IMG/VR virus record: IMGVR_UViG_3300017971_000013
Span: 39,596 to 103,595 of that record
Reading direction: 5' to 3' (one strand)
Origin: a virus
Length of the DNA: 64,000 nt
Of this stretch, positions 8,413 to 18,001 are shown in pieces (the stretch's first letter is position 1; every line of letters starts with the position of its first letter). The notes under the pieces were generated by a model that saw nothing but the letters and a program-made list of their open reading frames with translations, had not been told where the DNA came from and did not search any database. Position numbers and translations under genes: made by a program.

Positions 8413-8694
8413 ATGAAGGAAGCAAGACTAGCAGCAAAAGAACTAGTCGTCGATAAGCTGGTTACGTCTCTTAGAGATATAATCATCGAGCACTTTGAAT
8501 GCATGGAAGATAACTTCTCTTCACCAGCACCAGGGAAGGTATTATTGCTGACCGAAGAAGAGCAAAAGATCTTAATTGACATAGTAAAACCTTGGGTATC
8601 TAACCAGAACATGTTTTGTTCTTTAGAGAAGGAAGAACTAGCAAGAATTCAGAAACTAGAAAGAGACCTATTGAAGAAAATAGAGACTCTTTAA
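8413..8694 (+). CDS. Hypothetical protein
   Basis: GGAGG RBS at the end of a (GA)n tract. Confidence 0.7.
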   Translation: MKEARLAAKELVVDKLVTSLRDIIIEHFECMEDNFSSPAPGKVLLLTEEEQKILIDIVKPWVSNQNMFCSLEKEELARIQKLERDLLKKIETL

Positions 8695-8919
8695 CACAGG
8701 AAACATTGCGGTATCGCAAGCTATACTAAAGAAGGAAGAAGAGGTCACTATGAAGAGAGTACTTAAAGGAGAAAGATACAAGAAACAAAAGATGACAGAA
8801 ACAGAGATAATTAAAGCCCGTGTAAACTGCTTAACTTGTGACACGCTTAGACGTTTATCTATAAAAGAAATAAACTTCATTTGTTATGTTTCAGGATAAA
8901 TAAAGACCCAAGGACAAAA

Positions 8920-9363
8920 ATGAAGAAACTACTTAGACCAGGAAAAATAGAAACAATCTATCTAGAAGACTGCAGAGAATGTGGAGCTTTATATGTTTAC
9001 GAGAAAGAAGACATAGACTATACAGATAGACCTGGGTATTTGTTTATTGTTTGTCCTTTCTGTGGTGTACAAAGCTTTCATTCAGATAAGAACCTAGTTC
9101 TTAAACATGAGGTTAATCTGAGAATATGGTTAAGGGGGTTAAATGAGAAACAGAAAAAAGAATTTGCTAAATATTTAGGGCTTGAGATTTCTTATAAGAA
9201 AAGGTGGGATAAAAGACAGTTAGAAGATGAATTAGTGAACGCTACTCAACTTAGAGATGAGATAGTAAAAGGAAGAAAATTAAAGGGCTGGGATGAGCAA
9301 TTCTTTCACTTTGACGGAGATAAACTGACAGTAATAGAGGTAGAAGATGAACTACATAGTTGA
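8920..9363 (+). CDS. Zinc-ribbon protein
   Basis: CRECG...CPFCG; start moved to ATG 8920 (AGGA RBS). Confidence 0.7.
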   Translation: MKKLLRPGKIETIYLEDCRECGALYVYEKEDIDYTDRPGYLFIVCPFCGVQSFHSDKNLVLKHEVNLRIWLRGLNEKQKKEFAKYLGLEISYKKRWDKRQLEDELVNATQLRDEIVKGRKLKGWDEQFFHFDGDKLTVIEVEDELHS

Positions 9364-9538
9364 ACATGGTGACGAATTCGAAGGAAGATTGTATATAGGC
9401 AGGTGTTCTTGTGGATGTAGAAAGATTTCTTTTGTGATCTGTATAAACTAGATATGGGAGGTATATTTGCTCTTGTGTGCCAAAAGAAAGAGAAATAATG
9501 AATAAAGGTGATAGGTATTTCTGTTTAAAGGAGCTGTA

Positions 9539-9874
9539 ATGATTACCATACTAGAACAAGGATCGGCCGAATTAAAAACTTTTAAGGTCACATGTACTTC
9601 TTGTAATTGTAAATTTCTTTATCAATCGAATGATCTAATTAGAAGAAGAACATCTCCTGATCTTGTCAAAGACTCTGTGATCTTTTGTCCTGAATGCCGT
9701 ACATGTATTCCTCACTTTAACGAAAACGAACTAGCACATCCACATACAGATGTAATAGAACACCTTTGTCTGACCTGTGAACATCTTAACCATGACGATA
9801 TGTTTTGTGGAGTAATGTCTAGAAATTGTAATGTTTGGATTGTAGGAGCTTGTGCTGGTTACGAAGAACATTAA
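9539..9874 (+). CDS. Zinc-ribbon protein (related to 8920-9363)
   Basis: CTSCNCKF...CPEC; AAGGAG RBS. Confidence 0.7.
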   Translation: MITILEQGSAELKTFKVTCTSCNCKFLYQSNDLIRRRTSPDLVKDSVIFCPECRTCIPHFNENELAHPHTDVIEHLCLTCEHLNHDDMFCGVMSRNCNVWIVGACAGYEEH

Positions 9875-9875
9875 A

Positions 9876-9904
9876 TTGACATTATTTTTAGGTAATGTTA
9901 CAAA
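9876..9904 (+). promoter_or_regulatory. Sigma70-type promoter (putative)
   Basis: TTGACA - 17 nt - TACAAA with an upstream TG. Confidence 0.4.
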
Positions 9905-9939
9905 ATGTATAGAACGTACAGAGAAGGAAAGGAGATAGA

Positions 9940-10197
9940 TTGAAGAGGATTAAACAAGCAAATCCTAGACTGAGAAGAAAGAACTATGACCTAAAACAAG
10001 AATTAAAGAGCTACAAAAATGCATTAAATAACCTACATTACATAATGAAACTACTTTTAATAGAACATGGAGGTTCTTTTGAATTTTCTTCAGAAAGAAA
10101 CCAAGGGATAAACGACAAACATTTAGTCACTAAGAAGGCAGAAACAGAGGGTAATCATGTTATCTATCTTGTAGGATCAGATTTAAATGAAAATTAA
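9940..10197 (+). CDS. Hypothetical protein
   Basis: TTG start with AGGAG RBS. Confidence 0.6.
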   Translation: MKRIKQANPRLRRKNYDLKQELKSYKNALNNLHYIMKLLLIEHGGSFEFSSERNQGINDKHLVTKKAETEGNHVIYLVGSDLNEN

Positions 10198-10453
10198 AGA
10201 TTTTCTAGAAGGAAAAAGAATCGACAAATTAACACTGAATAATAATGTGTTAAAACTGACGACAGAGAAAGGAACTGTGACAATAACGCCGCGCGACAAT
10301 CAAGGAAATCTTACAGGAGCCTATTTAGATCTCTTCTTTGAAGAAAGAACCTGTCCTTCTTGTGACTCAACTAATGTCGTAATAAAACCTAGTAAATATG
10401 AGCAAAATAAGAAAACATTATATTGTTTCAACTGTGGACTAGGGTGTGTGTAA
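10187..10453 (+). CDS. Hypothetical protein with C-terminal zinc ribbon
   Basis: CPSCDS...CFNCG. Confidence 0.7.
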   Translation: MKIKDFLEGKRIDKLTLNNNVLKLTTEKGTVTITPRDNQGNLTGAYLDLFFEERTCPSCDSTNVVIKPSKYEQNKKTLYCFNCGLGCV

Positions 10454-11073
10454 TGGGTTTTCGGTTTAAACAAGACTATTTTAATTATCTAGAAGAAAGA
10501 ATAGAAGGGTTAGAACGAGCAAATAACAGCCTAAAAGAAGACATAAGGAAGACTATGACTGCAAATAGAATATGTAAAACATGTAAGCATTGGAATGAGC
10601 ATGAGAATATTTCTAATGGAGAATGTGGCGTTTATGGAAGTACAACTACTAAAAGCCATACTTGTGAAAAATATGAAGCAGGCAGTCTGTTTTACCAAGA
10701 AGAAATACAACGTCTGAATGGTATCGTCATCGAACAGAAACAAGAACTAAAACAAGCTAAAAAGGAGATATCTTCAGCTATAGAAGATAAAGGCAACTTT
10801 AGAAAGTTAGCAGAAGAACGATTAGAAGAGATAAACCTTTTAAAGAGAACAGAGGAAATTACAGATAGAGTATGTTGTGTGATTGGAGAGGTGTTTTATC
10901 TGTTAGATGACGAAGAGAATTCACGTTTAAATGTCTCTCCTATGGAACTAGAAGATGTCTTCTGGGAGGCATTCAAGAGCTTTCAATCGGAAGAAGAAAG
11001 CATCTATAATCTATCTAGAGAATTCTACGGTGCGCTAGTTAGGAGACCTATAGAATGGGTGACAGACAAATAA
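10453..11073 (+). CDS. Coiled-coil hypothetical protein with a CxxC motif
   Basis: TAATG overlap start; CKTCKHW...C...C. Confidence 0.7.
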   Translation: MGFRFKQDYFNYLEERIEGLERANNSLKEDIRKTMTANRICKTCKHWNEHENISNGECGVYGSTTTKSHTCEKYEAGSLFYQEEIQRLNGIVIEQKQELKQAKKEISSAIEDKGNFRKLAEERLEEINLLKRTEEITDRVCCVIGEVFYLLDDEENSRLNVSPMELEDVFWEAFKSFQSEEESIYNLSREFYGALVRRPIEWVTDK

Positions 11074-11420
11074 ATAAAGAACTACGGTATTTTCTACAAA
11101 AAGAGCTTCCAGGTTGTGTATTAACTGTTAAGGATGAAATATATGGAGAAGACTGTAAATCAACTGCCTTTAAATTAGAGTTTGCAGGCTTTCACGCCGA
11201 AAACTATATTTCAGACTTTGCAATGGTAACATCAGCTTTTCCTGATATAGCCGTTGAAAATATCATTAAAGAGCTCGTAAGAGAGATCAAACATTTAGTA
11301 CTCAAACACTTTGGAATGGTATGTATACCAAGAGATGTGTTTGATGCAACCATTAAGTATCTAGGATATAATCCTTTTGGCGCTTCTTATGGAGAAGAGA
11401 AAAAGAATGAATACACCTAA
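11055..11420 (+). CDS. Hypothetical protein
   Basis: AGGAG RBS; operon packing. Confidence 0.65.
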   Translation: MGDRQINKELRYFLQKELPGCVLTVKDEIYGEDCKSTAFKLEFAGFHAENYISDFAMVTSAFPDIAVENIIKELVREIKHLVLKHFGMVCIPRDVFDATIKYLGYNPFGASYGEEKKNEYT

Positions 11421-11661
11421 GGTTTCGCAGCTTTATCGTATCGGTATTGTTGAGATGGAAGATGGTTCTGTAGGTCTGTGTGGAGAGCTGATAGACAAGA
11501 ACAAGAACATAACTCTTTTTGCTATTTCTTCTCAACAACTAGCGGCGATGAATGAACTTCAAATGAAAGCGCAAGAGCTTAGAGGGGAGATTGAAGGTCA
11601 CGTAACCATTGCTGTTTCTGAAGAAATTGATGAAGATGTGACTAACAAATTGTTGAATTAG
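11407..11661 (+). CDS. Hypothetical protein
   Basis: Start at 11407; operon packing. Confidence 0.65.
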   Translation: MNTPKVSQLYRIGIVEMEDGSVGLCGELIDKNKNITLFAISSQQLAAMNELQMKAQELRGEIEGHVTIAVSEEIDEDVTNKLLN

Positions 11662-11737
11662 AGAGTGTACATAACGTAGAAATGTGGTAAAATACTGAGG
11701 TTTCTGAAACTGTTGTTTTCTTCAGAAAGGTTGCCAC

Positions 11738-11920
11738 ATGACAACATCTAGTACTGAGGCCTTCAAAAGAGCATTAACTAATCTAAACTCTTTTGCGGCT
11801 AAAATGGTTGGTCTAGGGTATCCAATACCTCCTAATGTGAATCAGAATGATCCGGAGGTTCAGACGTTATTACAGAGATGTAAAGAAAAATGGGGCGCGC
11901 CCAGAAAGAAGATAGAATGA
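11738..11920 (+). CDS. Hypothetical protein
   Basis: AAAGG RBS; start overlaps a copy of the palindromic operator. Confidence 0.6.
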   Translation: MTTSSTEAFKRALTNLNSFAAKMVGLGYPIPPNVNQNDPEVQTLLQRCKEKWGAPRKKIE

Positions 11921-12156
11921 ATAAGCTAGCTTTTAGACTTACTGTCGTTTCGATTCTTATTCTTTGTGTGATTTGTCTTCTTAAAATGGCATTCTATCAA
12001 CCTACTTATGAATATGGCATAGATCCTACACAAGACTGCGAGGCCGTTAAAAAAGGTGAGGGTTACGCACCTTGTATGAATAATTTGTCACGGCAGGGTT
12101 GGGAGCCTATAGATACGGTAGGAGGACAATACGTTATTTATAGGAGAGCCAAATGA
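11917..12156 (+). CDS. Small membrane-anchored protein
   Basis: N-terminal TM helix; C-terminal LSRQGWE...YVIYRR (DUF4177-like pattern). Confidence 0.6.
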   Translation: MNKLAFRLTVVSILILCVICLLKMAFYQPTYEYGIDPTQDCEAVKKGEGYAPCMNNLSRQGWEPIDTVGGQYVIYRRAK

Positions 12157-12473
12157 CCGAAGATGAATATTTTTTCCCCACCAAACCTATAAACCTAGGG
12201 AACGCCTGTAGTACTGGTGATAATGGAATTTCTATAGACAAGAAAGATCTTACACTTTATGCAAATTGTAATTTCTGTACAATGAAGCGCGAGGCGACGA
12301 AAATGTTCGGTTTCTTTGTAGCAGAAGACATCATGCGTATATGTGAAGACTGTGTCTTAGCCGCAATATCCAACTCACTAGCTGTTCCTGAACTTGAGCA
12401 AAGACTTCAAAGATTAGAAGAATACCTACGGGCCAATGAGCCTTATAGGTATAAACATTTTGATGAAGGATAG
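12153..12473 (+). CDS. Hypothetical protein with a ClpX-type zinc-finger-like motif
   Basis: CNFC...ICEDCV. Confidence 0.55.
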   Translation: MTEDEYFFPTKPINLGNACSTGDNGISIDKKDLTLYANCNFCTMKREATKMFGFFVAEDIMRICEDCVLAAISNSLAVPELEQRLQRLEEYLRANEPYRYKHFDEG

Positions 12474-12475
12474 TA

Positions 12476-12718
12476 ATGTTCAGACATAATAGAATACAAC
12501 CTATCTTCACTAGATGTGAGAGGTGCGGAACGTCTTTAGACGAACCTAATGCAACAGAAACTTCTCCTTTTTGTTTAAGATGTCGGCGTCTCAACAGAAA
12601 AGAAGCACACATGGATAAAAAGAATAAATGCGCATGTGGTAGCCCAAAATCTAAGAAAGCCAAACAATGTAGGCAATGCTTTTATCACAGAAAGAAATCC
12701 AAACCTTTTGATTTGTGA
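12476..12718 (+). CDS. Basic zinc-finger protein
   Basis: CERCG, CLRC, CACG and CRQC. Confidence 0.65.
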   Translation: MFRHNRIQPIFTRCERCGTSLDEPNATETSPFCLRCRRLNRKEAHMDKKNKCACGSPKSKKAKQCRQCFYHRKKSKPFDL

Positions 12719-12724
12719 GGAACT

Positions 12725-12943
12725 ATGCTACGAAGAATTTTAGGATATACTGCGGCGGTTGTTTTTGGAGGAGCAACACTTCTAGCGGTCGCTTTCTTTG
12801 TTATGGTGTGCATAGCGGCAACTATGTCATATCTGGCTTTTATAGGTCTGGTGAAAAGCGCAGAAGCAAAGCAATGGAGCGACGCATTAGCGGCACTAGG
12901 GATGGTGTTTGGGTTACCACTGGGATATCTCTTTGGGTACTAA
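12725..12943 (+). CDS. Small two-TM membrane protein
   Basis: GAGGA RBS; two hydrophobic segments. Confidence 0.65.
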   Translation: MLRRILGYTAAVVFGGATLLAVAFFVMVCIAATMSYLAFIGLVKSAEAKQWSDALAALGMVFGLPLGYLFGY

Positions 12944-12948
12944 CCATC

Positions 12949-13293
12949 ATGGTTATTGTAGATTTTAAATATTTAGAGCGTCTTATAAGAGAAGAGGCCA
13001 CAAAACTTCGGCGTTTACTGCCAAAAAATAGGTGGTACCTGCTCTGTCCTTACTATGATGCAGAGGAAGGTAAGCTAATAGCTTCGTTTGAAGGTCAATT
13101 GGCTTATAAGACACTTGTTACTTTCGAATGCAAAAAAGACTCGGACTTCGACACTTGTGCCGTTGTTGTTGAGATAGAAAAAGGAGGCAGGTGGCTGAAA
13201 TTAGCCAATAAAGAACTCAAATTCATTAATAACAGAGACATAGAGAGGGTAAGACATTGGCTACATTCGATCTTAAAGGAGATCACAACTTAA
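12949..13293 (+). CDS. Hypothetical protein
   Basis: Start moved to ATG 12949 to avoid overlap with the membrane-protein gene. Confidence 0.6.
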   Translation: MVIVDFKYLERLIREEATKLRRLLPKNRWYLLCPYYDAEEGKLIASFEGQLAYKTLVTFECKKDSDFDTCAVVVEIEKGGRWLKLANKELKFINNRDIERVRHWLHSILKEITT

Positions 13294-13667
13294 GTAGTAA
13301 TTACACTTTTGAGGTCTTCTTTAAAAATGACATGTATGAACATTTTCGTGCAGGTAACATGAAAGGCACTGTAGGTGATGCAATTGTGATTGCCTATAGA
13401 AGCATTCAAACGTTTAAAAATATTTCAGACACGCATTTTAAGATTATTGTTAGAAAAAGAATGTGTAAAGGCTGCACACAATGTGGAAAGACACGTGATA
13501 CCTCGGTGATGCGAGGAGATATTGTAGCCACTGTAATTTTTCAATATCCAGACAGAGAGCTGGAAGAACTTCAGAAGATTTTTGTGGGAGATATTACATA
13601 TGTCGAAGAAAAAGGTACAGAAGATCAGTGCGACAATTCTGAGGCTGGAGCTTGCGGACACGCTTAA
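13257..13667 (+). CDS. Hypothetical protein
   Basis: Fills the gap in the operon; CxxCxxC; start uncertain. Confidence 0.5.
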   Translation: MATFDLKGDHNLSSNYTFEVFFKNDMYEHFRAGNMKGTVGDAIVIAYRSIQTFKNISDTHFKIIVRKRMCKGCTQCGKTRDTSVMRGDIVATVIFQYPDRELEELQKIFVGDITYVEEKGTEDQCDNSEAGACGHA

Positions 13668-13827
13668 TGAAATTGCCTACAATCATGTAAGGTATATCAT
13701 CGAGAGAAGCGGAAAAGAGATAGCGGCTATTGTACCTATGGAGGATTTTGAAAGACTCCAGAGAGAAGGGGCCGATGAAGAAACTAGTGATGGTGGAGGA
13801 AAGACTAGAAAACCTGGTGGATCTTAA
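13600..13827 (+). CDS. Phd/YefM-family antitoxin (orphan)
   Basis: KISATILRLELADTLNEIAY...YIIERSGKEIAAIVPMEDFERL matches the Phd/YefM N-terminal pattern; GGGAG RBS. Confidence 0.8.
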   Translation: MSKKKVQKISATILRLELADTLNEIAYNHVRYIIERSGKEIAAIVPMEDFERLQREGADEETSDGGGKTRKPGGS

Positions 13828-13999
13828 TCAACTAGAGAAACAAATTTGCGCACTTGTTGCCGCAAAATATGAAATAGATGTCAGTAGGGCATCTGTACGT
13901 ATAGCACCAGAGAGAGGTTGGACAACTGGTTACAAATTGTCTGACTTTTACATACAGGTACGCGCGGAAAGAATAACTGATACTTCTCAGGAGAAATAA
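13775..13999 (+). CDS. Hypothetical protein
   Basis: AAGGGG RBS before ATG 13775. Confidence 0.55.
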   Translation: MKKLVMVEERLENLVDLNQLEKQICALVAAKYEIDVSRASVRIAPERGWTTGYKLSDFYIQVRAERITDTSQEK

Positions 14000-14000
14000 A

Positions 14001-14288
14001 ATGGCAACGGTGTCTGAGACAATTCGAGGCGTCATCGAAGGTGAAGGTTTAGAGGTTGCAGATTTGTATTCTTCTAACGTGACCGATGGAAAACATTGGA
14101 GACTACTGTTAAATAATGATGAATTTAAGGTACGACCCCCTATGAGAATGTTGTTGAATGATAAAGTACGCCAGGCCCTAGACTCTGAGGGTTACGTGGT
14201 CTTTAATAACAAAGTGGAGATAAAAGCGTATACAAGAGACGAGGTTGTAAATAATTACGCGGCCTTTTCTTATTACATAGAGGACTAG
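14001..14288 (+). CDS. Hypothetical protein
   Basis: AGGAG RBS. Confidence 0.7.
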   Translation: MATVSETIRGVIEGEGLEVADLYSSNVTDGKHWRLLLNNDEFKVRPPMRMLLNDKVRQALDSEGYVVFNNKVEIKAYTRDEVVNNYAAFSYYIED

Positions 14289-14289
14289 A

Positions 14290-14625
14290 ATGACTATCAG
14301 CAAAGAGAATTGGAAAACTTGGGTGCCAATAGCTCTTACTGTTTTGTCTATGCTAGGAGGCGCCTTTGGTACGATGATATCATGGATTCATGGTGTAGAC
14401 ATGCGGCTAGAGGTAATTGAACGTGAGATAAAGAACATAGAACCAAACTTCGAGCCTTATAAAATAGCTGTAGAACACAAAGAAAAAATTAAAATGAGGA
14501 AATTTTGCCATTCAACGCCTTCTGGTAAACGTTGTACAACGGAGGTTTGTGTAGATAAAGATGGAACCATGGAGTGTTCAGCTGTTCCAGACCTTAAAGA
14601 AGATGAGAAGAGAGCGGCACCTTAA
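14290..14625 (+). CDS. Membrane protein (TM + coiled coil)
   Basis: N-terminal TM helix followed by a coiled coil. Confidence 0.65.
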   Translation: MTISKENWKTWVPIALTVLSMLGGAFGTMISWIHGVDMRLEVIEREIKNIEPNFEPYKIAVEHKEKIKMRKFCHSTPSGKRCTTEVCVDKDGTMECSAVPDLKEDEKRAAP

Positions 14626-15145
14626 GAAAAAGCAAATGAAGGACATCATGACAAAAGCCCTGGAAGATTTAGAGCCGGTTGAAATTGTGGCGATGACAAA
14701 AGCACTTAGAGATGTGTATGCGGTTGCAAGAGATCAGGTGTTACCAGGTGTGCATCACGTTGATGTCGTAGTAAGATTAAAAGGCACAGTTAAAGTTGCC
14801 GATGCGCAACTTTACACACCAACAGCTGAAATCTCTTTTATGAAGATCTTGGCGCAAATGTTACATAATATTGGATACAACGAAGCGGCGATGGCGCTAC
14901 GTAAAATGTTTGTAGATCAATTTATGACAGCGGCAGAGATGTTAATAAAAGAAAAAAACCCTAAGAAAATAGAGGATGAGATAGAAGCGCTATCCACAGC
15001 TTTTGAAATGGTCAAACAACGTCTAAGAGACGTCCTACCTAAGAAACTTCGACATGGAGCCGTTTCACCTCAGCTCACCGTGGAAACCTGGGCTCCAGAA
15101 GATCCATTGTATTCAAAAATAAAAAAGATCTTTGGGAGGTGTTAA
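14603..15145 (+). CDS. Hypothetical protein
   Basis: Long ORF in an operon; start uncertain. Confidence 0.7.
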   Translation: MRRERHLKKKQMKDIMTKALEDLEPVEIVAMTKALRDVYAVARDQVLPGVHHVDVVVRLKGTVKVADAQLYTPTAEISFMKILAQMLHNIGYNEAAMALRKMFVDQFMTAAEMLIKEKNPKKIEDEIEALSTAFEMVKQRLRDVLPKKLRHGAVSPQLTVETWAPEDPLYSKIKKIFGRC

Positions 15146-15387
15146 TGCTGCGTGAAGTAATTCAGGTATGGAAATGTTCCAAATGTGAATATTACGCATT
15201 TGGGGATGTTATTTCTTCTAAGAAACACAGAGAGGTTGTTGTAAATCGTTTAGGAGCAAAAAAGGTGCGGGTATACACAGAAAATCTGTGTGACGGGGAG
15301 ATGAAGAAAAAAGGTAAAGGTTTTGGTTGTTATGATTTAGATCCTGGTAAGGGCGCAGCTAGAAGCTGTAGTCATAGAGGAGAATAA
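15139..15387 (+). CDS. Hypothetical protein
   Basis: GGAGG RBS; CxxC. Confidence 0.6.
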   Translation: MLMLREVIQVWKCSKCEYYAFGDVISSKKHREVVVNRLGAKKVRVYTENLCDGEMKKKGKGFGCYDLDPGKGAARSCSHRGE

Positions 15388-15389
15388 GA

Positions 15390-16505
15390 ATGAAGGAGAT
15401 ATATTTACGCATATTTACATGTGATTTTTGTTCGTGTATTTTTGGGATAGAATGGTCAAAGACAGATTCCCCTTGTGCAATAATCTGTCCGGTCTGCACA
15501 GAATATGTGTGGGAAGAAAACGACGAGGACGATATGGATCATCTTTCAGATACACAAGTTGAAGAAGCTGTAAGTTATAATAAAAAACAAAGTTATTCAC
15601 CTAGTACTTGGATGGAAATTCAAGAAATGGTAGTTTGTCACGCTGATGGACTCGTTGGGCCAGATACTGTTCAGCACGTAGCATTTTGGCAATATAGACA
15701 AGATATAGGATTGACTATAGATGGAAAAGTAGGGCCAGCTACCCTAAAAGAAATGGGTATTGAATACATTCCTGATGATGAATATGACATTAGAAACATG
15801 GTTAAAACCTACCCACATAGGTGTTTTGGTATAGATGTTTCTGACTATCAAGGTGATCTTTCTGCGGAAGATTTTCAACTTATGAAAGATGCGGGAGTAG
15901 TCTTTGTCATTTTTAAGGCTACTGAAGGTAGAACTTGGAAATCAAAATATTTTCATAACAATATTGTGAGAGCAAAAGGTGTCGGTCTTTTTGTATCTGC
16001 TTATCATTTGACGCGTTTGACAGACTCTGCCGTTACTGAGGTGATGAACCCAGAAGGAGGAGCAGAGAACTTTGTTAATTTTATAGGTGATAAATGGTCA
16101 CTGCTTGATTTTACTTGTTGGAACGATTTGGAATACAAACAGGTAGAACAGATGGTTAATTTGTGCAGCGCAGCTGAAGCAAATGATTGGTTGATGCGGT
16201 GGATGGTACGATTCAAAGAAATGGTTAGCCATAAAATTGAATTTTACCTGTCTCATAGAACAGCAAAGCTGTTTAGTTCGTATTGTGAACCTTTTAATAC
16301 AACAGAAGGGTGGTGGGCGTATTACGATTCTGCTACTTGGGGAGATCCACCAAAAATGTATCCTCCTAATTGGAATAAATGGATGTTTAGGCAGATAACA
16401 GGCTCGGGTAAGGTTCCTGGCATTCATGGGGATTGTGACATAAACTATTTTGCCGGAGATACACAAGACTTTTTGGACTTTATAACCAATGAGCAAAGAG
16501 GATAG
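15390..16505 (+). CDS. Endolysin: N-terminal zinc ribbon + peptidoglycan-binding domain + GH25 muramidase
   Basis: DGLVGPDT and DGKVGPATL (PG_binding_1); GIDVSDYQG, KATEG, DLE and VPGIHGDCDINYF (GH25). Confidence 0.85.
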   Translation: MKEIYLRIFTCDFCSCIFGIEWSKTDSPCAIICPVCTEYVWEENDEDDMDHLSDTQVEEAVSYNKKQSYSPSTWMEIQEMVVCHADGLVGPDTVQHVAFWQYRQDIGLTIDGKVGPATLKEMGIEYIPDDEYDIRNMVKTYPHRCFGIDVSDYQGDLSAEDFQLMKDAGVVFVIFKATEGRTWKSKYFHNNIVRAKGVGLFVSAYHLTRLTDSAVTEVMNPEGGAENFVNFIGDKWSLLDFTCWNDLEYKQVEQMVNLCSAAEANDWLMRWMVRFKEMVSHKIEFYLSHRTAKLFSSYCEPFNTTEGWWAYYDSATWGDPPKMYPPNWNKWMFRQITGSGKVPGIHGDCDINYFAGDTQDFLDFITNEQRG

Positions 16506-16761
16506 TTCTATGTTCACAGCCCTGTTGGTGTTGTTTGTTGATATAGAGCGTCAAGTGCCTAAAGTATCTCTTTCTATGTTAACTAACGATTTTATTAACA
16601 GGGTTAAATCTTATATCGAATATGAACTTAGGGAATTAATGAAATTCTTTGGGTTCATATTTCGATATGAGCTACGGGTCTTACCGTGTGTTAGCTTATG
16701 TGATGTGGTTTTAAGCATACCAGATGAAGACATAGCTAAAATGAAGGAGTATAAATGGTAG
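16489..16761 (+). CDS. Hypothetical protein
   Basis: Operon packing. Confidence 0.55.
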   Translation: MSKEDSSMFTALLVLFVDIERQVPKVSLSMLTNDFINRVKSYIEYELRELMKFFGFIFRYELRVLPCVSLCDVVLSIPDEDIAKMKEYKW

Positions 16762-17477
16762 ACGTTATTGTAGAGAGACCTCATGTGGAAATAATAAGCC
16801 CACCAATGATTTTTAAATATAATAAAATGATGGTGGAGATTTGCGCGAGAAACTGTTATAAATCAGAAGAAGGCAGACTCTTCAAACATTCAGATAGATT
16901 CTTAAAGAGCGTAATTCAGACAAGAGGACACGTTTCTGTAGCGGATCATGCGCACATTACTGTGCGTTTCTTTATTGATAGAGCTTGCTCTCACCAACTT
17001 GTTCGTCATAGAATTGCTGCGTATTCTCAAGAATCACAACGTTATTGTAACTACGGAAAGAATAACGCGTTGAGGGTTGTTGGCGAGCCAGACATATTCA
17101 ATGAAGGCGATGATCTCAAACAACTTTGGATAGAAAAGAGAAGAGAAGACTACGAAGAGTACTTGTTGTATCTTAAAAGAGGGGTAAAGCCAGAGGCAGC
17201 GAGAACTTGTTTACCTAACGCTACAAAAACAGAGATATGTTCTACTTTTGATTTGACTGAGTGGCGCCATATCTTTAAAATTCGAGCACTGAGTTCTGCT
17301 GCACAATGGCAGATTCGAGCTGTGATGCAGAGGACTTTGATTTATTTTGATACTCTGTTACCAGCTTTTTTTAGCGATCAAATGAGACAGCTTAGAGAAT
17401 CAAAAGACGGATTGGCTGTATTTGATAGGGCAGATCTGAAGAAATTTCCGTGGGAACAACATGGCATAGAATGGTAA
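16755..17477 (+). CDS. thyX: Flavin-dependent thymidylate synthase
   Basis: GHVSVADH; HQLVRHRIAAYSQESQRY (RHR-x7-S motif); EAAR..LPN. Confidence 0.95.
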   Translation: MVDVIVERPHVEIISPPMIFKYNKMMVEICARNCYKSEEGRLFKHSDRFLKSVIQTRGHVSVADHAHITVRFFIDRACSHQLVRHRIAAYSQESQRYCNYGKNNALRVVGEPDIFNEGDDLKQLWIEKRREDYEEYLLYLKRGVKPEAARTCLPNATKTEICSTFDLTEWRHIFKIRALSSAAQWQIRAVMQRTLIYFDTLLPAFFSDQMRQLRESKDGLAVFDRADLKKFPWEQHGIEW

Positions 17478-17481
17478 GAAC

Positions 17482-17769
17482 ATGGTACAAACGTGCTCTA
17501 AACACCAATTCACACATAATTGTGTGATTACTTTTGACGGTAATTTTGAGGCGTGTCCACTATGCAGCGCACTTGCTGAGGTGGAGGAATATAAACCTGT
17601 TTACGACAGATTTAAAGACCTTTTTATTACTCAGACTAAGATGGACAAAGCTTTTACTATTATGGCAACTGCTATGGTAGATGCTTCTTCTGTTTTAGAG
17701 GCTGAGGTGGAGCGTGTAACCAATGACCTGGGAGTCCTTGTTAATGAAAGAAAAAATCAATCACCCTGA
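17482..17769 (+). CDS. Hypothetical protein
   Basis: ORF in an operon; CPLC. Confidence 0.6.
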   Translation: MVQTCSKHQFTHNCVITFDGNFEACPLCSALAEVEEYKPVYDRFKDLFITQTKMDKAFTIMATAMVDASSVLEAEVERVTNDLGVLVNERKNQSP

Positions 17770-17971
17770 CTACTATAACGCCGCTGCCTTGGAGACAATA
17801 GATGCTATTGAAGGTCTAGGGTGCGAACCTGGTTTTAGTATTGGGTCTGTAATTAAATACATAACAAGGTACCAACATAAAGGTTCGCCTCTTACAGATC
17901 TTAGAAAAGCCAAGTGGTATATTGACAGACTTATTCAATACGAAGAGAAGAAATTAGAAGACAAGCGTTAA
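17744..17971 (+). CDS. DUF3310 family protein (T7 gp1.7-like nucleotide kinase domain)
   Basis: INHPDYY...ETIDAI...F.IG.VIKY.TR..HKG..DLRKAKWY. Confidence 0.9.
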   Translation: MKEKINHPDYYNAAALETIDAIEGLGCEPGFSIGSVIKYITRYQHKGSPLTDLRKAKWYIDRLIQYEEKKLEDKR

Positions 17972-18001
17972 CGTTGCCATTGTGCAACTTTAGGAGTTTT
18001 C

